Shown one piece after another: positions 12,731 through 27,190 of a DNA stretch of 64,000 nt. How positions within the stretch are numbered: position 1 is the stretch's first letter; every line of letters starts with the position of its first letter. Origin of the DNA: Octopus sinensis. Lineage: Eukaryota. The notes under the pieces were generated by a model that saw nothing but the letters and a program-made list of their open reading frames with translations, ran no database searches and was not told the DNA's origin. A program made the position numbers and the translations under genes. The stretch covers positions 44,206,001-44,270,000 of the forward strand of contig NC_043002.1 of assembly GCF_006345805.1 (NCBI RefSeq). Reading direction: 5' to 3'.

Positions 12731-13039
12731 AAATCAATTTATTTGTGCTGCTATTTTTTTAACACAATGTCATCTTTTTGTAACATACAAATAAATTAGT
12801 AATTACATCCATTTATTCTCCATTTTCTTCTTATTTTCCCTCATTATGTATGTATGTATTATGTATGTATGTATGTATGTATTGGAGAGGGGTGCGTGTG
12901 TATGTGTATGAAATTCCATGGTCTAGTATTTAGAGGTGTGTTCTAGCAATCATACGTTACTGCTTTTGATTCCTAAATCGGAATCAAAATACTTTATTTC
13001 ATGTTGATTCAGTCTACACTGCTGAAAATTAACACACCT

Positions 13040-13285
13040 GCAACAGCTGATGGATAACTCCGCGGCAAACTGGCTACTTCACTCTTTCAATCGCATGTAT
13101 GCCGTGGAAACTGGGTTAAAGTGTGACCCAATAAGCAAACATACGCTTTATAGACACATACGTACATACATAGTCACACATACATGTGTATTGTTTAGAT
13201 ACACAAACATGTACATCGAAATGCACCTCGGCGGAATTTAAGCTCAGATCGTAAAGACGGACGAAATGCCGCTCAACATTTTGTC
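13040..13285 (-). mobile_element. SINE family A variant
   Basis: CCTCGGCGGAATTTAAGCTCAGATCGTAAAGACGGACGAAATG, the reverse complement of the SINE-A head. Confidence 0.6.
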
Positions 13286-13379
13286 ACTGAAAGCAATATT
13301 TATAGGCTGTGTCAACCGAGAAAGAAGAGAATCAGAAATTCCGTAAAAGCAGAAAGTATCATCAGTGCTGCGATTTCTT

Positions 13380-13900
13380 TTTGAATGCTATCTTGTAGAT
13401 GGTGAAGTAAGAATACGAAGACAGTAAAACAGCAAGAGAAGTCAAGAACAACAGGATGAATAACTGGATAGAAAATGAAATATTAGGTCAATTCTGGCAA
13501 CAGCTCAAAGTTGCTGGGAATAAAGAACGTTGGTAGTACCTGACAGATTAAGAGCGGCAGCGGGAAACTGAATCGCTAATTATAGTTACCCAGGAACGAG
13601 CCAGTTGAATGAAATTGATAAAGGAAATGATTGACAAAATTTAGATAGTAAGCAAAAAATTTGTGGAAAAAGTGAGAGTATTAACAACTAAGATAGCACA
13701 ATAGGATAAGCATCACTGTGTGGGTAAAGGAGTGTATTGGAATGATAGCCGAGTGTGTAGATGAAAGTGACAAAAAGTGGCATGAACGCGAGACAAATGT
13801 GATGGCGAGTAAAAATTGTATGATTGTAGAGGATTTCTCCATGACTGACCAGAGTATTGAAGTAAGATTTTGTATAATTGTAGAAGACGGGGGAAAAGAA
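13380..13900 (+). pseudogene. degenerate R4/Dong-like LINE remnant
   Basis: RETESLIIVTQE and KLIKEMIDK-like peptides resemble the 48355-49700 element. Confidence 0.4.
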
Positions 13901-15765
13901 CTGAAAGATTCCTTGCAAAAGACGTTTCAAATGAATGTAATCAGCATGAAAGCTGTTAGTCACTATAACTTGCATCCGTGGATTTATTCAACATCATATG
14001 CAAGTACAAGTTGGAAAACGTTCTTCAAAATCATTGTGCATCTCTGAATTATCTCGCGAGCAGTGAGTTCATTCAGTTAGCTTGAACTTTCTCAAAAGAA
14101 ATACACCACAAGGTCACCTAGAGGCCTTTGCACGACACAGCACTGAATGGGTACGAATTATCATACAAAACACTGAATGCAAACCAAACAAAGCACTTTT
14201 GAAAATGTGAAAATTCTTCGTAAAGATTTATTAATAAAATAATGATATTTGATTTCAATGACTGGTATGTTGAGTCCCTGAAACAGTCTCACCCTCACAA
14301 TAAGCCAATTTATCGATTGTACTGCATGTTTGTACATACGCGCCTGTGAGTATGCATGTAGGTGTTTGCATGTGTGCGGAGTGTGTTTGTGGGTATACAC
14401 ATTATTTAAAGTAAACTAAGAAACGGTGAATATTTTTAACAAAAGTTACAGGTGTAGAAACTCCCACAGGGTCAGCTTCGCAAATTGTTTGTATTCCTTG
14501 AACATTTCTTACATTTGTAATAACTGTGAAATTTACTTTTCTCGGATTGCTTTGAATGATTTTCATATACAAATTTTCCGCTTCTTTCACCGTCAAAACT
14601 TACAATAAATCCAGTCTCTCTTTTTATTCTTTTGCTAATTTTGTACAAAGAGGAAATTTTTAAAAAAATTCCTTCCACATATTTGGATTACAAAATGGAT
14701 TCTAAAAGGAGGTATTGAGCAACTTAAACAGGTGGAAGGGAAAATTAAATGTATGAAAAGGAAAATATCGGTTAAGTAGAATGCAATGTGCGATTAGAAA
14801 TCGATATTAAATTATTTGGGTTCGGTTATAATATCCTCTTAAATGACGTGGCAAATTGTAAAAAAACAACGAAAAAATTTAAACTATAATTTTTTCCCAT
14901 TTAGTATGCCGTAACAATGATCAAATATTTGCATGAATAAATTTTTTAATTAATTTCCAACCGAATAATTATTTCCCTTTTAAATTCTATTAGTTCAGCA
15001 GTGTCTTTAATAATTCTTTAAGAATTTGAACTACATTGAAATTTGAGAGAGTCCTATTGAAATAATTTAGGAAATCGTAAAGAATGACTGTCATCCCTGC
15101 TCTTCTAATAATAAATAATCAAGTAATATAATTCGCAGCTGGTGCTATAGAGGGAAATATGAAATGAAACTTAAAATATTCCGAGTGTGTCAGAATGATG
15201 TTAAAATATCCCTTACGGAATTCACAATGAGGTATTTACATATATTATAAAGCCATTTATTTTAAAAGAAAATATTTCTGTTTTCTTGTCAAACAAAATA
15301 ATCCAAATATGATAATGATCTATTTTCTTTGAGACACGCGAGTGACCCAGTTGGTAAATTGCTGAGCAAGTCGGCCGTATCTGTTTGACATAACTGTCAA
15401 AGCTTACGCCCTATAACGCCCTATAGAATCGATCATCATTGCAACAAGGACTGTGAAATTGATGACTGTTTGGCTGACATACGGGGATAGTTCAAACTTA
15501 GCTTGTGTCAGTAACATGCGTGAGATTGGTATTCTTTCTGAGAAAGCTGTATCTCTCAGCCATTAAAGAAAATAGAAGAGATTACCTATCCAGCTGACTT
15601 CTGAAAGAGGTGACCTCATGTTATTGAAACATAAGTATTATTAAGAGTAGCTTAAGCATGTACCTTTGTAAAAAAAAATATAGTATGATTTTGCTCCCAC
15701 ATATTATTAATCGCTACACATAAACCAGTAATATTATACCGTACACAACCGTTTCAATTTGAGCC

Positions 15766-15874
<109 letters not shown>

Positions 15875-15880
15875 CACATA

Positions 15881-17513
15881 CAGTTGCGGCCAAAATGTTC
15901 AGAACGGCATTGTTTTCGTCAGAAAAGTAGATATATCTTTTTATCAAAGTTGTTTTATATTCTATAATTATCACAGACAATAAATACAATATTATTTGTT
16001 ATTGCCTGAGATTTTCCTGTAATTTGAGAGGATAATACAAAAGTTATGGATGATTTAGTGATTTACTGCAAAACCCACGGCGGCCAAAATGATCAGAACG
16101 GTTGCTTTTACTCCATGTTTTAGTATATTTAACCGGCGAACTCTAATGTTTTGAATTTGTTTACGTGACGGTTCGTTTACTAAACATTAGTAAGAATATT
16201 TGCAGTGTACTTTGTTAATATAATGCCACTTACTTCGTAACCAATTCGACAGCAGATTATTAAGCTTCGAAGGAAGGATAATTTAAGTATTGGATCTATT
16301 GCAAAGATTGTTAGCAAGTCAAAAAGTGTTGTACACGGTATTCTTAATGTCTACGATGATTGTGGTTTGTGTGAAGCAAGAAAGTTTACTGGTAGGCCAA
16401 GAAAAACGACCAAGAGAGAAGATCGTGCTATGGTAAAGTTGGTTAAAAAGGACAGATTTAAAACTGCTAGTGCTGTTTTTCGGAAAATGACATTGTATTG
16501 AAGAAAACTTTATCTCGAAAAACTGTGTCTCGTCCTTTAGTTGAACATGACCAACAAGCAAGAGCACCTGCAGTGAAGCCACTGATCAGCTCCAAGAATA
16601 AAAAGTGTCGTCTTACCTTTGCAACCGAACATGTGTTGTGGTCTCAAGAAAAATGGCAAACGGTGCATTTCAGTGATGAATCTAAGTCTATGTTATTTGG
16701 CTCAGATGGGAAAAGGTACGTTCGTCGAAAAGCAGGAGAAAACTTATCACCTAAATGCCTTAAGACTAGTGTTAAATTCGGTGGAGGAAGTGTCATGGTT
16801 TGTGGTGGGTGATATCCTGAAATGTTGTGGGCCCTTTGCTGCGATTACATGGAAAGATAAATGCAGGAGTTTATAAACAACTTGTAAAAGATCATGTCTT
16901 GCCTGTGCTGAGAAATTCAACTAAGCGACCACCCATACTCATGCAGGACAATGCCCCATGTCACAAGGCTAAGGTGGTCATGAACTTCCTAAAGGCTGAA
17001 AAGGTTATTGATATGGATTGGCCTGCTCAAAGCCCATATCTCAATCCTATTGAAAATGTGTGGAATATTCTAGGAGAACGTTCGAAAGCCAGAAATCCTA
17101 AAACAACTGAGCAATTATGGAATGCCCTTCAGGAAGAATGGAATAAGATCACCCAGCAAGAAATTGAAAATTTAATTTCCTCATGCAGTCGAAGATGTCA
17201 GAGTGTGATTGAAGCTAAAGGGCTTCAAACTAAATATTAAATAATTCCAGTATTCTCTGTCATTTTTGATTATTTTGTTATTTTTTCAACCGTTCTGAAC
17301 ATTTTGGCCGCCATGGGTTTTGCAGTAAATCACTAAATCATCCATAACTTTTGTATTATCCTCTCAAATTACACCAAAATCTCAGACAATACCAATTATA
17401 TTGTATTTATTTATCGTCTGTGAAAATTATAGAATATAAAACAACTTTGATAAAAACTTATACCTACTTTTCTGACGAAAACAATGCCGTTCTGAAAATT
17501 TTGGCCGCAACTG
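15881..17513 (+). mobile_element. Tc1-like (DD34E) IR/DR transposon, copy 1, defective
   Basis: About 220 bp TIRs starting CAGTTGCGGCCAAAATG with inner and outer direct repeats; TA flanks; FSDESK, MQDNAPCH and NPIENVW with 34-residue D-E spacing. Confidence 0.95.
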
Positions 17514-17758
17514 TATATATATATATATATATGTATATATAATGCAGGATATGTGTGTGTGTGTACGTGAATTTCCCCAAATTAACACGCATGTCGCTCC
17601 AATTCAACCATAACTTAATTTCCACGGCGGAGAAATCACCATTGTTTACAAACATGAGTTAAGTCCCCTTCTAGCGACGGGTAAATTTTTAAGAGATTTG
17701 TTTTTTCTTTCATCGAGGAAAAAGTGTTTTGTCGATATACGGGCAACACACACGCACA

Positions 17759-17820
<62 letters not shown>

Positions 17821-17859
17821 GTACGCACAACTATTGCGTACATGTTCATGTGTGTGAAT

Positions 17860-18032
17860 TTGTGTGACTGAAGCCATTTACACATAAATACATACGTAAC
17901 AACCCTCTCTCTTTTTGTCTGTCAATCACACACTAAAAAGACGAAATAAAAAAGTTATCTTTTTAGTGAGTGATTGACAGACAAAATTAGAGAGAGGGGT
18001 TGTTATGTAAGTGTGAATGGCTTCAGTCACAC
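17860..18032. repeat. short fold-back element (about 80 bp arms)
   Basis: GTGTGACTGAAGCCATT...CTAAAAAGA and TCTTTTTAG...AATGGCTTCAGTCACAC are reverse complements around a loop of about 15 nt. Confidence 0.8.
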
Positions 18033-18139
18033 GCACATGCACACACACACACCAACATATATGCGTACAAAAACATGTATGTAATAGGTGTACAGTGTTT
18101 TCGTCAGAAAAGTAGGTATAAGTCTGTGTGTGTGTGTGT

Positions 18140-18143
18140 TTGC

Positions 18144-18227
<84 letters not shown>

Positions 18228-18279
18228 TTTATATATATTTATATATATATATATATATATATTTATTATATTATATATT

Positions 18280-18312
<33 letters not shown>

Positions 18313-18377
18313 ATATTTTATATATATATATATAATATATATATATATATTATATATATATATATATATTTATATAT

Positions 18378-18411
<34 letters not shown>

Positions 18412-18468
18412 AATTTAATATTATATATATATATATTTATATAATATATATAATATATTATAATTTTA

Positions 18469-18499
<31 letters not shown>

Positions 18500-18737
18500 A
18501 ATATTTTATAATATATATATATATATATTTATATATTTATATATATTATAATATATATATATTTATTATATAATATTTATATATATATATATTTATATTA
18601 TATTTATATATATATATATATATTTATATATTTATATATATATATATATATATTATATATTTATATATATATTTATATATATATATTTATATATTTATTA
18701 TATATATATATATTTATATATTATATATATTTATATA

Positions 18738-18775
<38 letters not shown>

Positions 18776-18927
18776 ATATATATATATTTTATATATAATA
18801 TATATTTATATATATATATAATATATTTTATATATATATATTTATATATATATATATATATTAATATATATATATATATTTATAATATATATATATATAT
18901 TTATATATATATATATTATATATATAT

Positions 18928-18980
<53 letters not shown>

Positions 18981-19061
18981 TATATATATATATATATAAT
19001 ATTATATATATATATTTTTTATATAATATATATATATTTATATATATATTATATATATATT

Positions 19062-19098
<37 letters not shown>

Positions 19099-19127
19099 AA
19101 TATATTTATATATATATAATATATACA

Positions 19128-19162
<35 letters not shown>

Positions 19163-19209
19163 TATATATATATATATATACATATTTATATATATATATT
19201 TATATATAT

Positions 19210-19261
<52 letters not shown>

Positions 19262-19431
19262 ATATATATATATATATATATTTATTATATATATTATATA
19301 TATTTATATATATATAATATATATTATATGATATTTATATATATTATATATATATATATATTTTATATATATATATATATATATTTTATATATATATATT
19401 ATATATATATTTATATATATTATATATATAT

Positions 19432-19469
<38 letters not shown>

Positions 19470-19503
19470 TATATTTATATATATATATATAATAATATAT
19501 ATT

Positions 19504-19541
<38 letters not shown>

Positions 19542-19616
19542 TTATATATAATATTTATATATTTAATATATATATATATATATATAATATATATATATTT
19601 ATATTATATATTTATA

Positions 19617-19663
<47 letters not shown>

Positions 19664-19807
19664 ATTTATATATTAATATATATATATATATATATTTATA
19701 TATATTTATATATATATATTTTATATATATATATATTCTATTATTTTTTTATTATTTATATTTATATATATTTTATATATATATATATTTATATATATTT
19801 ATATATA

Positions 19808-19838
<31 letters not shown>

Positions 19839-19840
19839 CT
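18140..19840. repeat. 1.7 kb imperfect (TA)n microsatellite
   Basis: Nearly pure A/T dinucleotide array. Confidence 0.98.
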
Positions 19841-20039
19841 TAAGATTTAGTTGTGATCTGAACAACCGCTTCTAACACAGACGATTGAGAGCCCTTTGGG
19901 GTGTTCTATTTTCCTTGCAGGAAGGGTTCCCAACCCATGGGCAAAGGGGGAGTGCAGATGAATGGGTGGTGTTTTCAAAAGAGCTGCTTTGTGCAACCTG
20001 ATCATGTTTGTCGATCAAACTCCCAACACATGTCCTCCC

Positions 20040-20549
20040 GTCACGACACTGATTCTGCAGAACTGGGGTGGGTATGAAAACTAACTTTAAAGTATAAATA
20101 TAGATGTTTTTGTATCAGCAATGTTGTGTTCGGTTCAGTCCTATTTGGGTGAAAAATCAATAAACTGATTCCTTATGGGGTTTTCCATTTTATCCTTATA
20201 GGATTTACCACTAAAATTGGTTACACCCCATTTTCAAACAACTTTTACCAATTTTGATGTATTTTGTATAAATGTGGTGCCAGCATTACTTAGGACTCAT
20301 GAAATCTTTGAATGCTTTAAGATCTCAAAAAAAAAAAAATCGTTGAGTGGGAAAAAATCGATGAACCGATTCCTTATGGGATTTCCCAATCAAATTGTCT
20401 GCAACTCATTTTCAGCCAAAAATTTACCAATTTCAACGGATTTCGCTCAAATTTGACATCGATGTTATTTAGTTTGGTTTGAAATAAAGAACTTGATTAG
20501 CTTAACTATCCTAACTTAATCCCGGACAAAGCCGGGCTATACTGTTAGT
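20040..20549 (+). mobile_element. possible Helitron-type non-autonomous element (3' end)
   Basis: Hairpin CCCGG-ACAAAG-CCGGG at 20521-36 followed by ...TGTTAGT, a degenerate CTAG end. The 5' boundary is uncertain. Confidence 0.4.
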
Positions 20550-20718
20550 ATATATGTATATATAGTTCGTTAGCCACTTAACACATTTTTTTCTCTCCTT
20601 GTTTTTCCCGTGTCCCTTTCTGTAGAAGAGCATAGGCTCGAAACGCAAAAGACTTTTTCTACTTCTGAGCGTTATAACTATACATCTGTCTTCGTCTTTT
20701 GTTTTTTTCGTAAACTCT

Positions 20719-20790
<72 letters not shown>

Positions 20791-20979
20791 ATACTAAGCA
20801 ATTAAGGGTTTAGCAACGAATTGCCTTACCGCACACCGAATTTAGAAATAGCAGTCAAAGAGATTATAGCCATTTCTTCTACTAAAAGGGAGATCTCAGT
20901 AAAAACACAGCATTGAAAGGCAAACACAAACAGGTAAGAGAATGAATTGACGGCAATCTATCATATATATATATACATA

Positions 20980-21073
20980 CGAGGGGGCTAAAAAGTTCTT
21001 TTATGGGTGTCGTGAAAGGCCTAGTCTTCCTGTATTTTCTTTAACGCAAAGCCAGGAACTTTTCAGCATCCTC

Positions 21074-21076
<3 letters not shown>
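20980..21076. mobile_element. tiny mariner-derived MITE
   Basis: TA-CGAGGGGGCTAAAAAGTTC...GAACTTTTCAGCATCCTCTCA imperfect TIRs resembling the mariner ends at 3676. Confidence 0.55.
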
Positions 21077-21115
<39 letters not shown>

Positions 21116-21126
21116 ATATATATATG

Positions 21127-21157
<31 letters not shown>

Positions 21158-23670
21158 TCTGCACATGTACATACATACATATATACACACAAACAAAAAT
21201 ACCCTGTTGTTCATGTTGAAATTCCAATGAAGGAGACTTGGATCTAGATTGGCAATAAAACTTGAAATAAAACTGGACAATAACACATATATACATACAT
21301 ATAACATGGGGCATATTGGGTCAAATTTTTCCAAAATTTTGAAAGCAATGTGAAATAAAAACCGAAGTATAGCAGTTAACATAGATTTGCTATCTCAAAA
21401 AGTGCATCATAGTTCTGATAAGCTGATTCCGATTGATTGAGAGGCATTCAAAATTGCTTCCCAATCCATCGGAACGCCTGTAAAAATCATATTTGTATTA
21501 CTGTATAAAAATTCAATAGTTTATGGTGTATAATAGGTCATCCACAAAAGGAGCTAAAAGTAAAGCAGTATTGGAATAAAGATAAGGCAAGTTGCGTCTG
21601 AATGTTGAAAATCGTTAATAAAGAAACATGAAACATCTCAAGTTAAATAAATTCAAACTTCATCAAAATAATAAAGAAAAATAACAACCACGTTTACGGA
21701 AAAACAATCACTTTCACGGTTAAATAAATCATGAGAAACTCCTCCATTCGGCATACAGAGCCCAGATTAAGCAGTATGCTTCTTCCACAAGATTCTTGGT
21801 TAATATATTTTCCCCTTCGTGTACGCTTACGACAGATATAATCATCACAAAGGTCACACAGTAACCAAACTTCAGTCTTCCTGTTCTGGCATTTGTTCCA
21901 GAATCTTTCGCAGGCATACCATTCAGCGCCCTCTTCCTCCGAATCATTTGCTCTATCATGGTCATCATCAATACTTGTTTCGTGCCATTCTAGAGCAAGT
22001 GAACCATCTTCCTTTCTACTCTTTTACTTTTAGTAGCTTCTTTAGTGCAATTTTATTTCTTTTCTTCTTGAAGTAACGCTAAAATCATCTTACCGCACCT
22101 TGATTCTGTGTAAATATCAATAATTTCAGGAAACAATTCTGAGACATATTATTACAGGAAATATCAGACGTATTATGCCTTGCTTTTGAATGTCTATGAA
22201 TTTCAAAATGTTCAAGTATATTTCAATTATCCAACGTAACATAAGCAAAGAAGATGCTTTGAACGTATCTCTAGTACAAGAAAAAAAGCCAAATATAAAG
22301 GGATTCTTGCAGCACAGTGAAGATTTATTTGACGGGCAAAAGGCGGCTGGTCTAGTGACTGAGGTCTGTCATCCAGAATGAAGAGTTTGTAAAAGAGTCG
22401 CCGGGAATAATACTAAATTTACGTTAGCAGGATGGATGATCAATTCATAATACCTGCTACATCATGCTTCCTAATTTGAAGTTGAGACAAATGATGAAAA
22501 TTAGGCAAATAGCCCATTATACCCCACATACCAATCCAGTGAAGGCTCACAGGCCAAAACTTCGAAGTCATTGTCAGCACTACTCTTTAAGTATTATAAT
22601 AAACATGCGCTATACGAAAATATTGAGCAATTCTTTAGTTTAATATCTTCTTTTTATTATAACTCGATATAATGCGATAATTTGCATACATATAGACATA
22701 TATTTGAGTGAGTGTGTGGGGCGTTCTTGCAGGTTGCTGCTGGGTTATATATATATATTGTCTATGATATATATATATATGTCTATGAAGAGATTTTCTC
22801 TAGAACAAAACCACCATGTTATACCTTTCAACAGTATGTATGTATACTGTAAGTGTAGTACATATAATAGTGATAGAGAAAGAAAGAGAAAGAGCGAATG
22901 AAAAATTACTAGTTTTCAGAAATATATTTTCTTTCAAAGAATATAACATCGCCCATTAACAAAGATATCTATCAAATATACGTTCATGCATCAACAATTT
23001 CTTATTAAAGTACAAGTTGTTACAAAAAGTTCGCAGGATCATATTATTGATACGAAGCGATTTAATCACATAACCTAATTTTGTAGATTCTCAACTAACA
23101 GACAGGATGAAGTTTGAAAGTACTCTTGGTCTCCCCTTTTGTCAATCGTTTACCATTTGTCAGTTTCTTCCTATAAATTTGTATGACATCCTCCCACCAC
23201 ATATATATATCTTGGTTTCATACCAATAACTTCATACCGTTATTAGCACAAAATGAATATGCTTGAGGTTATCCGTCTATCTTCTGTGCTCACTTATTTT
23301 GGGGAAGTAGTGGGAGTTGAGTACTCCATTGAATCTTAAGGCAAGCAACTGTCATTAGACAAAAGGAATTTGAAATGATAAAAGCCACAATTTTGAAACT
23401 GTGCATATTATTTTTGGAATATGTAATATAAATAAAAACTACTTTTTGTGATTCAGAAAAGCTAATTAATACTGAGAAAATATTTTCTTTATTCAATAAA
23501 ATTCAGCTTTTGTTGATATTCTCACTTAAATACAAGAAGAAACCCACTGAAACTACGTGAATCTACAATAAATGTTCCTTCCACACAAACACACACACGC
23601 GGGCGCGCATATATATATGCATGTATGTATGTAGTATGTATGTATGTATGTATGTATGTATGTATGTATG

Positions 23671-24895
23671 TATTATCGAACCTCTGGCAGCATATTTAAT
23701 ATCAGGCGCTTTGCTGCAAAAGCAAAGGTATATACCTCTATCATAAGAGACCTTTTGTATGCAGTGATTGTGAGCTAGTAGCGCACACAGAGATCGATAT
23801 GCAACACATTTTGAATGCATTCTCTGGTGCTTGCACCGCCTTAGGATTGACAGTTAATCCCAAGAAAACTGTTGTCATGTACCAACCTGCCCCTGGTAAG
23901 CAGTATAGTGTACCAAATATCTATGTGTATGGTAAACGACTTGATGTAGTTGATCAGTTTATCTACCTGGGTAGCACTATTAATAGATATAGCAATTTGG
24001 ATGATGAAATTCCATACAGAATTAGGAAAGCAAGTGTTGCTTTCGGAAGGCTAGAAAGGCGCTTCTGGAGTCGGCGAGACATACGCAGAAAGACAAAGAT
24101 AAAGGTGTACAAGGTATGTGTGCTCCCTTCTCTTCTCTATGCCTGCGAGACGTGGGTCACATATCGATACCACCTTAAACAGCTGGAACGTTTCCATCAG
24201 ATGTGTCTCAGACGGATTTATGGCATTAAGTGGGAGAACCGCATCATTGATTTTGAAATATTGGAAGGCTCTCGGTGCGAAAGTATAGAAGCTCTCGCGT
24301 TAAAGCAAAGGCTCAGATAGAGTGGTCATCCGGTGAGGATGAAGGATTCAAGGATGTCAAAACAACTCTTTTATGGAGAGTTAGCTAAAGGAGAATGACC
24401 TACACATAAACCAAAAAAGAGGTAAAAAGACTTGCTGAAGGCTTCCTTAAGAGATGCTTGCATCTCTCCTGAGACACGGGAGGGCATAGCTATTGATCGT
24501 AGCAGGTGGAGAAGGATTGTGTACGAGGGGACAGCTACTTTTGAGAAATCTCGAGTGGCTCATGAGAAAGTAAGGAGGGATGTCAGGAAGAGCATCGCTG
24601 TTACACTCCCAGATGAGAAGGGTCTTCCTATGATGTTGACATGCAGTGTCTGCAAGATCCTGCCTCAGCAAAGCTGGACTCAAGAGTCATATTCGTAGTC
24701 ATAAAGCGAGATAGATGAGTGACAACATGGCCACTGGTGGTAGTGTTACACACCATACTAATCATATCTGTTAGGTATGTGGAAGAGAGTGTAATTCGGC
24801 AGGAGGACTTAAACGACATGCAACGGTACATGAAGCCCAGTTACAACTACAGCCGGCTAAAAAGTCACATTCGATCACAGCACCAATAACTGTCA
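23671..24895 (+). mobile_element. 5'-truncated RTE-clade LINE (RT C-terminal half)
   Basis: IIRDLLYA(D)DCELVAHT, GLTVNPKKTVVMYQP, YLGSTI, LLYACETW and C-terminal C2H2-like motifs; internal stops and frameshifts. Confidence 0.9.
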
Positions 24896-25004
24896 GCCAT
24901 CACGTGTGTGTGTATGTATGTATGTATGTATTATCATTTTCTTGTATAAATCTGTATATTGTTAGCTTGTTGCCTATGTGTATATATTATGATATATATT
25001 GCAG

Positions 25005-25145
25005 CTCTCAAAGAACCCTCAACGTTGAAAGAGAACACTAACATGAAATTCGCAAATATGGAGGGATTGATACCAAATGCTACCTACAGTTTTCGTGTAC
25101 GTGCTATTAATATCTACGGCGTCGGAGAAAACAGCCACCCATCTA
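25005..25145 (+). CDS. CNTN: contactin-like exon (FN3 repeat, C-terminal half)
   Basis: CAG|CT CTC...TCT A|GTAAGT. Encodes (S)LKEPSTLKENTNMKFANMEGLIPNATYSFRVRAINIYGVGENSHPS. Phase matches the flanking exons. Confidence 0.93.
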
Positions 25146-26224
25146 GTAAGTTGCGATATTTCGATTGTTTTATTAAATGATATTCATAACGCTCAAAATA
25201 CTCGAAAATATTTTCGATAGTACACACACAGGCACACACACTGAATGCTATAGCTATAGAGATCTACATTCAGGATTATATACACTCTTTACATGAGTGG
25301 GATTGGTGTCCTCATTTTGAGTATTGCTTTCAGTAAATTTCTTCAAAAGTTGCATTAACCGACGCCTTTATAAACTGCGCTATTCCTATCGACAATGACG
25401 GAGTAAGTGAATTTTTAAGGCATATAAACTTATTAGTATCTTATATCAGCTCCATACCGATTGGATAATACAATTTTCTATTTCTGAGATGAGTTTATGT
25501 AGTATATATTTACATTAGTCGATTAATTGATTTGCAAGCGGTAACTTAACGATGACAATGAGTTGGTAAAATGAAAAGTGCTGTATTTACCCTGGAGCAT
25601 TTATTTTCGATAGCTTTACTACAATAAATTAGAACCAAGCCATAATTAATCATTATTAATTAACAACCTTCAAGAATTTCCAGGTTTTTAGATACTATTT
25701 GGGTGGATAGAAAGTCATGCGATTTAATATTTAACTTCGTCACGTGAACGCTTTTGCGCATTTCATAATGGTTCTGATATAGTTTATCTGGAATGATAAA
25801 TTTCTCTGTTAAGATAAATACAGACTAGAAGCATTGAATAAATTTCTAGTTCTAATTCTTTAGGAATGTGAAGGCTTTCATCACTTCGCTTAAATAGCAA
25901 TGGTCAAGCAAGTTTTAAAAAAACTGGATAACAATTAAGGTATATAATATATTAACTTTTCTTTCCAAGGTGTCACTGTTTTTAACAGGCACTAGTTTAG
26001 TGGTGTTTATTTTATTAACAAGTGAAGGAAAACCAAAAGATAGTATGCTATAAGAATTAATTCAGCAAATATTTAATTCAGAACACCAGAATACAAAAGA
26101 GTATTTAGCATGTATGTACAAAAATAATGTCTTGTTAAGACGAATGATAGTGTGAGACTTTTAGAAGAAAGCAACTGCATTTATGGTACCTTCTTCAATT
26201 ATATATAGATTATTCTTTTCTGCG

Positions 26225-26346
26225 CTAGCTACAAGACCTGAAATTTTGAGGGGAGGGGCCAGTCAATTAGATCGACCCAGTACGCAGCTGGTGCTTAATT
26301 TATCGACTCCGAAAGGATGAAAGGCAAAGTCGACCTCGGCGGAATT
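26225..26346 (-). mobile_element. SINE family A, truncated
   Basis: AAGGATGAAAGGCAAAGTCGACCTCGGCGGAATT, which stops next to the Helitron-like end. Confidence 0.8.
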
Positions 26347-26355
26347 ATATATAGA

Positions 26356-27190
26356 CTAGCTATTTTGACCCGTGCTTCACTCGAGTTTTGGTGGTGATAG
26401 CAACCAAACGGTAGCCCCGAGCGTCTTGCAACACTCCTCACACCATTACCCACCCCATTTTACCCCCTAGTGTAAATTTTGGCGCCAATCTGACCCCATC
26501 TACCGCTCCTTAAACCGTTCCCATCCCAAAATGGGACCAAGAAATCAAAATCAAACTTTTTCGCATTTCAGCTTTATAGATATTGATTATATATATACAC
26601 ACACACATATATATGTATACACATTATATATATATTTATATACACACATATATATATAAATTAACACAATAATTCTGATTAATAATATTTGTTATGATTG
26701 TACGGTGGTGGTGGGCGATAATAATTCACCATTCTAAAAGACCTTTGGCGGGAATATTTAAACTTTTGCGGCTGTCAACGCCTTTTCTCTATAGATACAG
26801 ACAGACGTACAGTGAGAGAGGTGGTGGGAGAAAGAGTGACAGAGAGACTGTGACGGCAGAGAGGGAATGGGAGTGGAAGCTGTCAAACGTCGTTATAGAG
26901 AGAAAGAAGAGGGAAGGAGAGAAAGAGAGAGATCGAGGAAGACAGGATGATAAACGAAAGAGAGAAACGACAAACACTTGTCAAATTCTAGGTTTTGTTG
27001 CCCTAGTAACCACAGCTTTTGAGATAGGGGTCTCTAACCTAGTCCAGTCGCTTCTTCGCCTCTTTTTACATGGCCCTGTAAATTTTGGCGCCAATCCGAC
27101 TCCATCTACCGCCCCTTAAACCGTTCCCATCCCTAAATGAGACAAGCAACCAATAAATCAAAGAAATTTTTCGCATTTCAGCTTTATAGA
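26356..27190 (-). mobile_element. Helitron-like element with duplicated 5' terminus
   Basis: Minus-strand 3' CTAG (26356-9) with a subterminal CCCGTGCTTCAC hairpin remnant. The 5' TCTATAAAGCTG segment is present twice (about 26470-26590 and 27075-27198). Confidence 0.55.

Noticed and set aside
21330-22600. Faint minus-strand LINE-like peptides (also 27300-27800 and 29420-29900)
   Set aside because: Too degenerate to assign a family or boundaries without an alignment.
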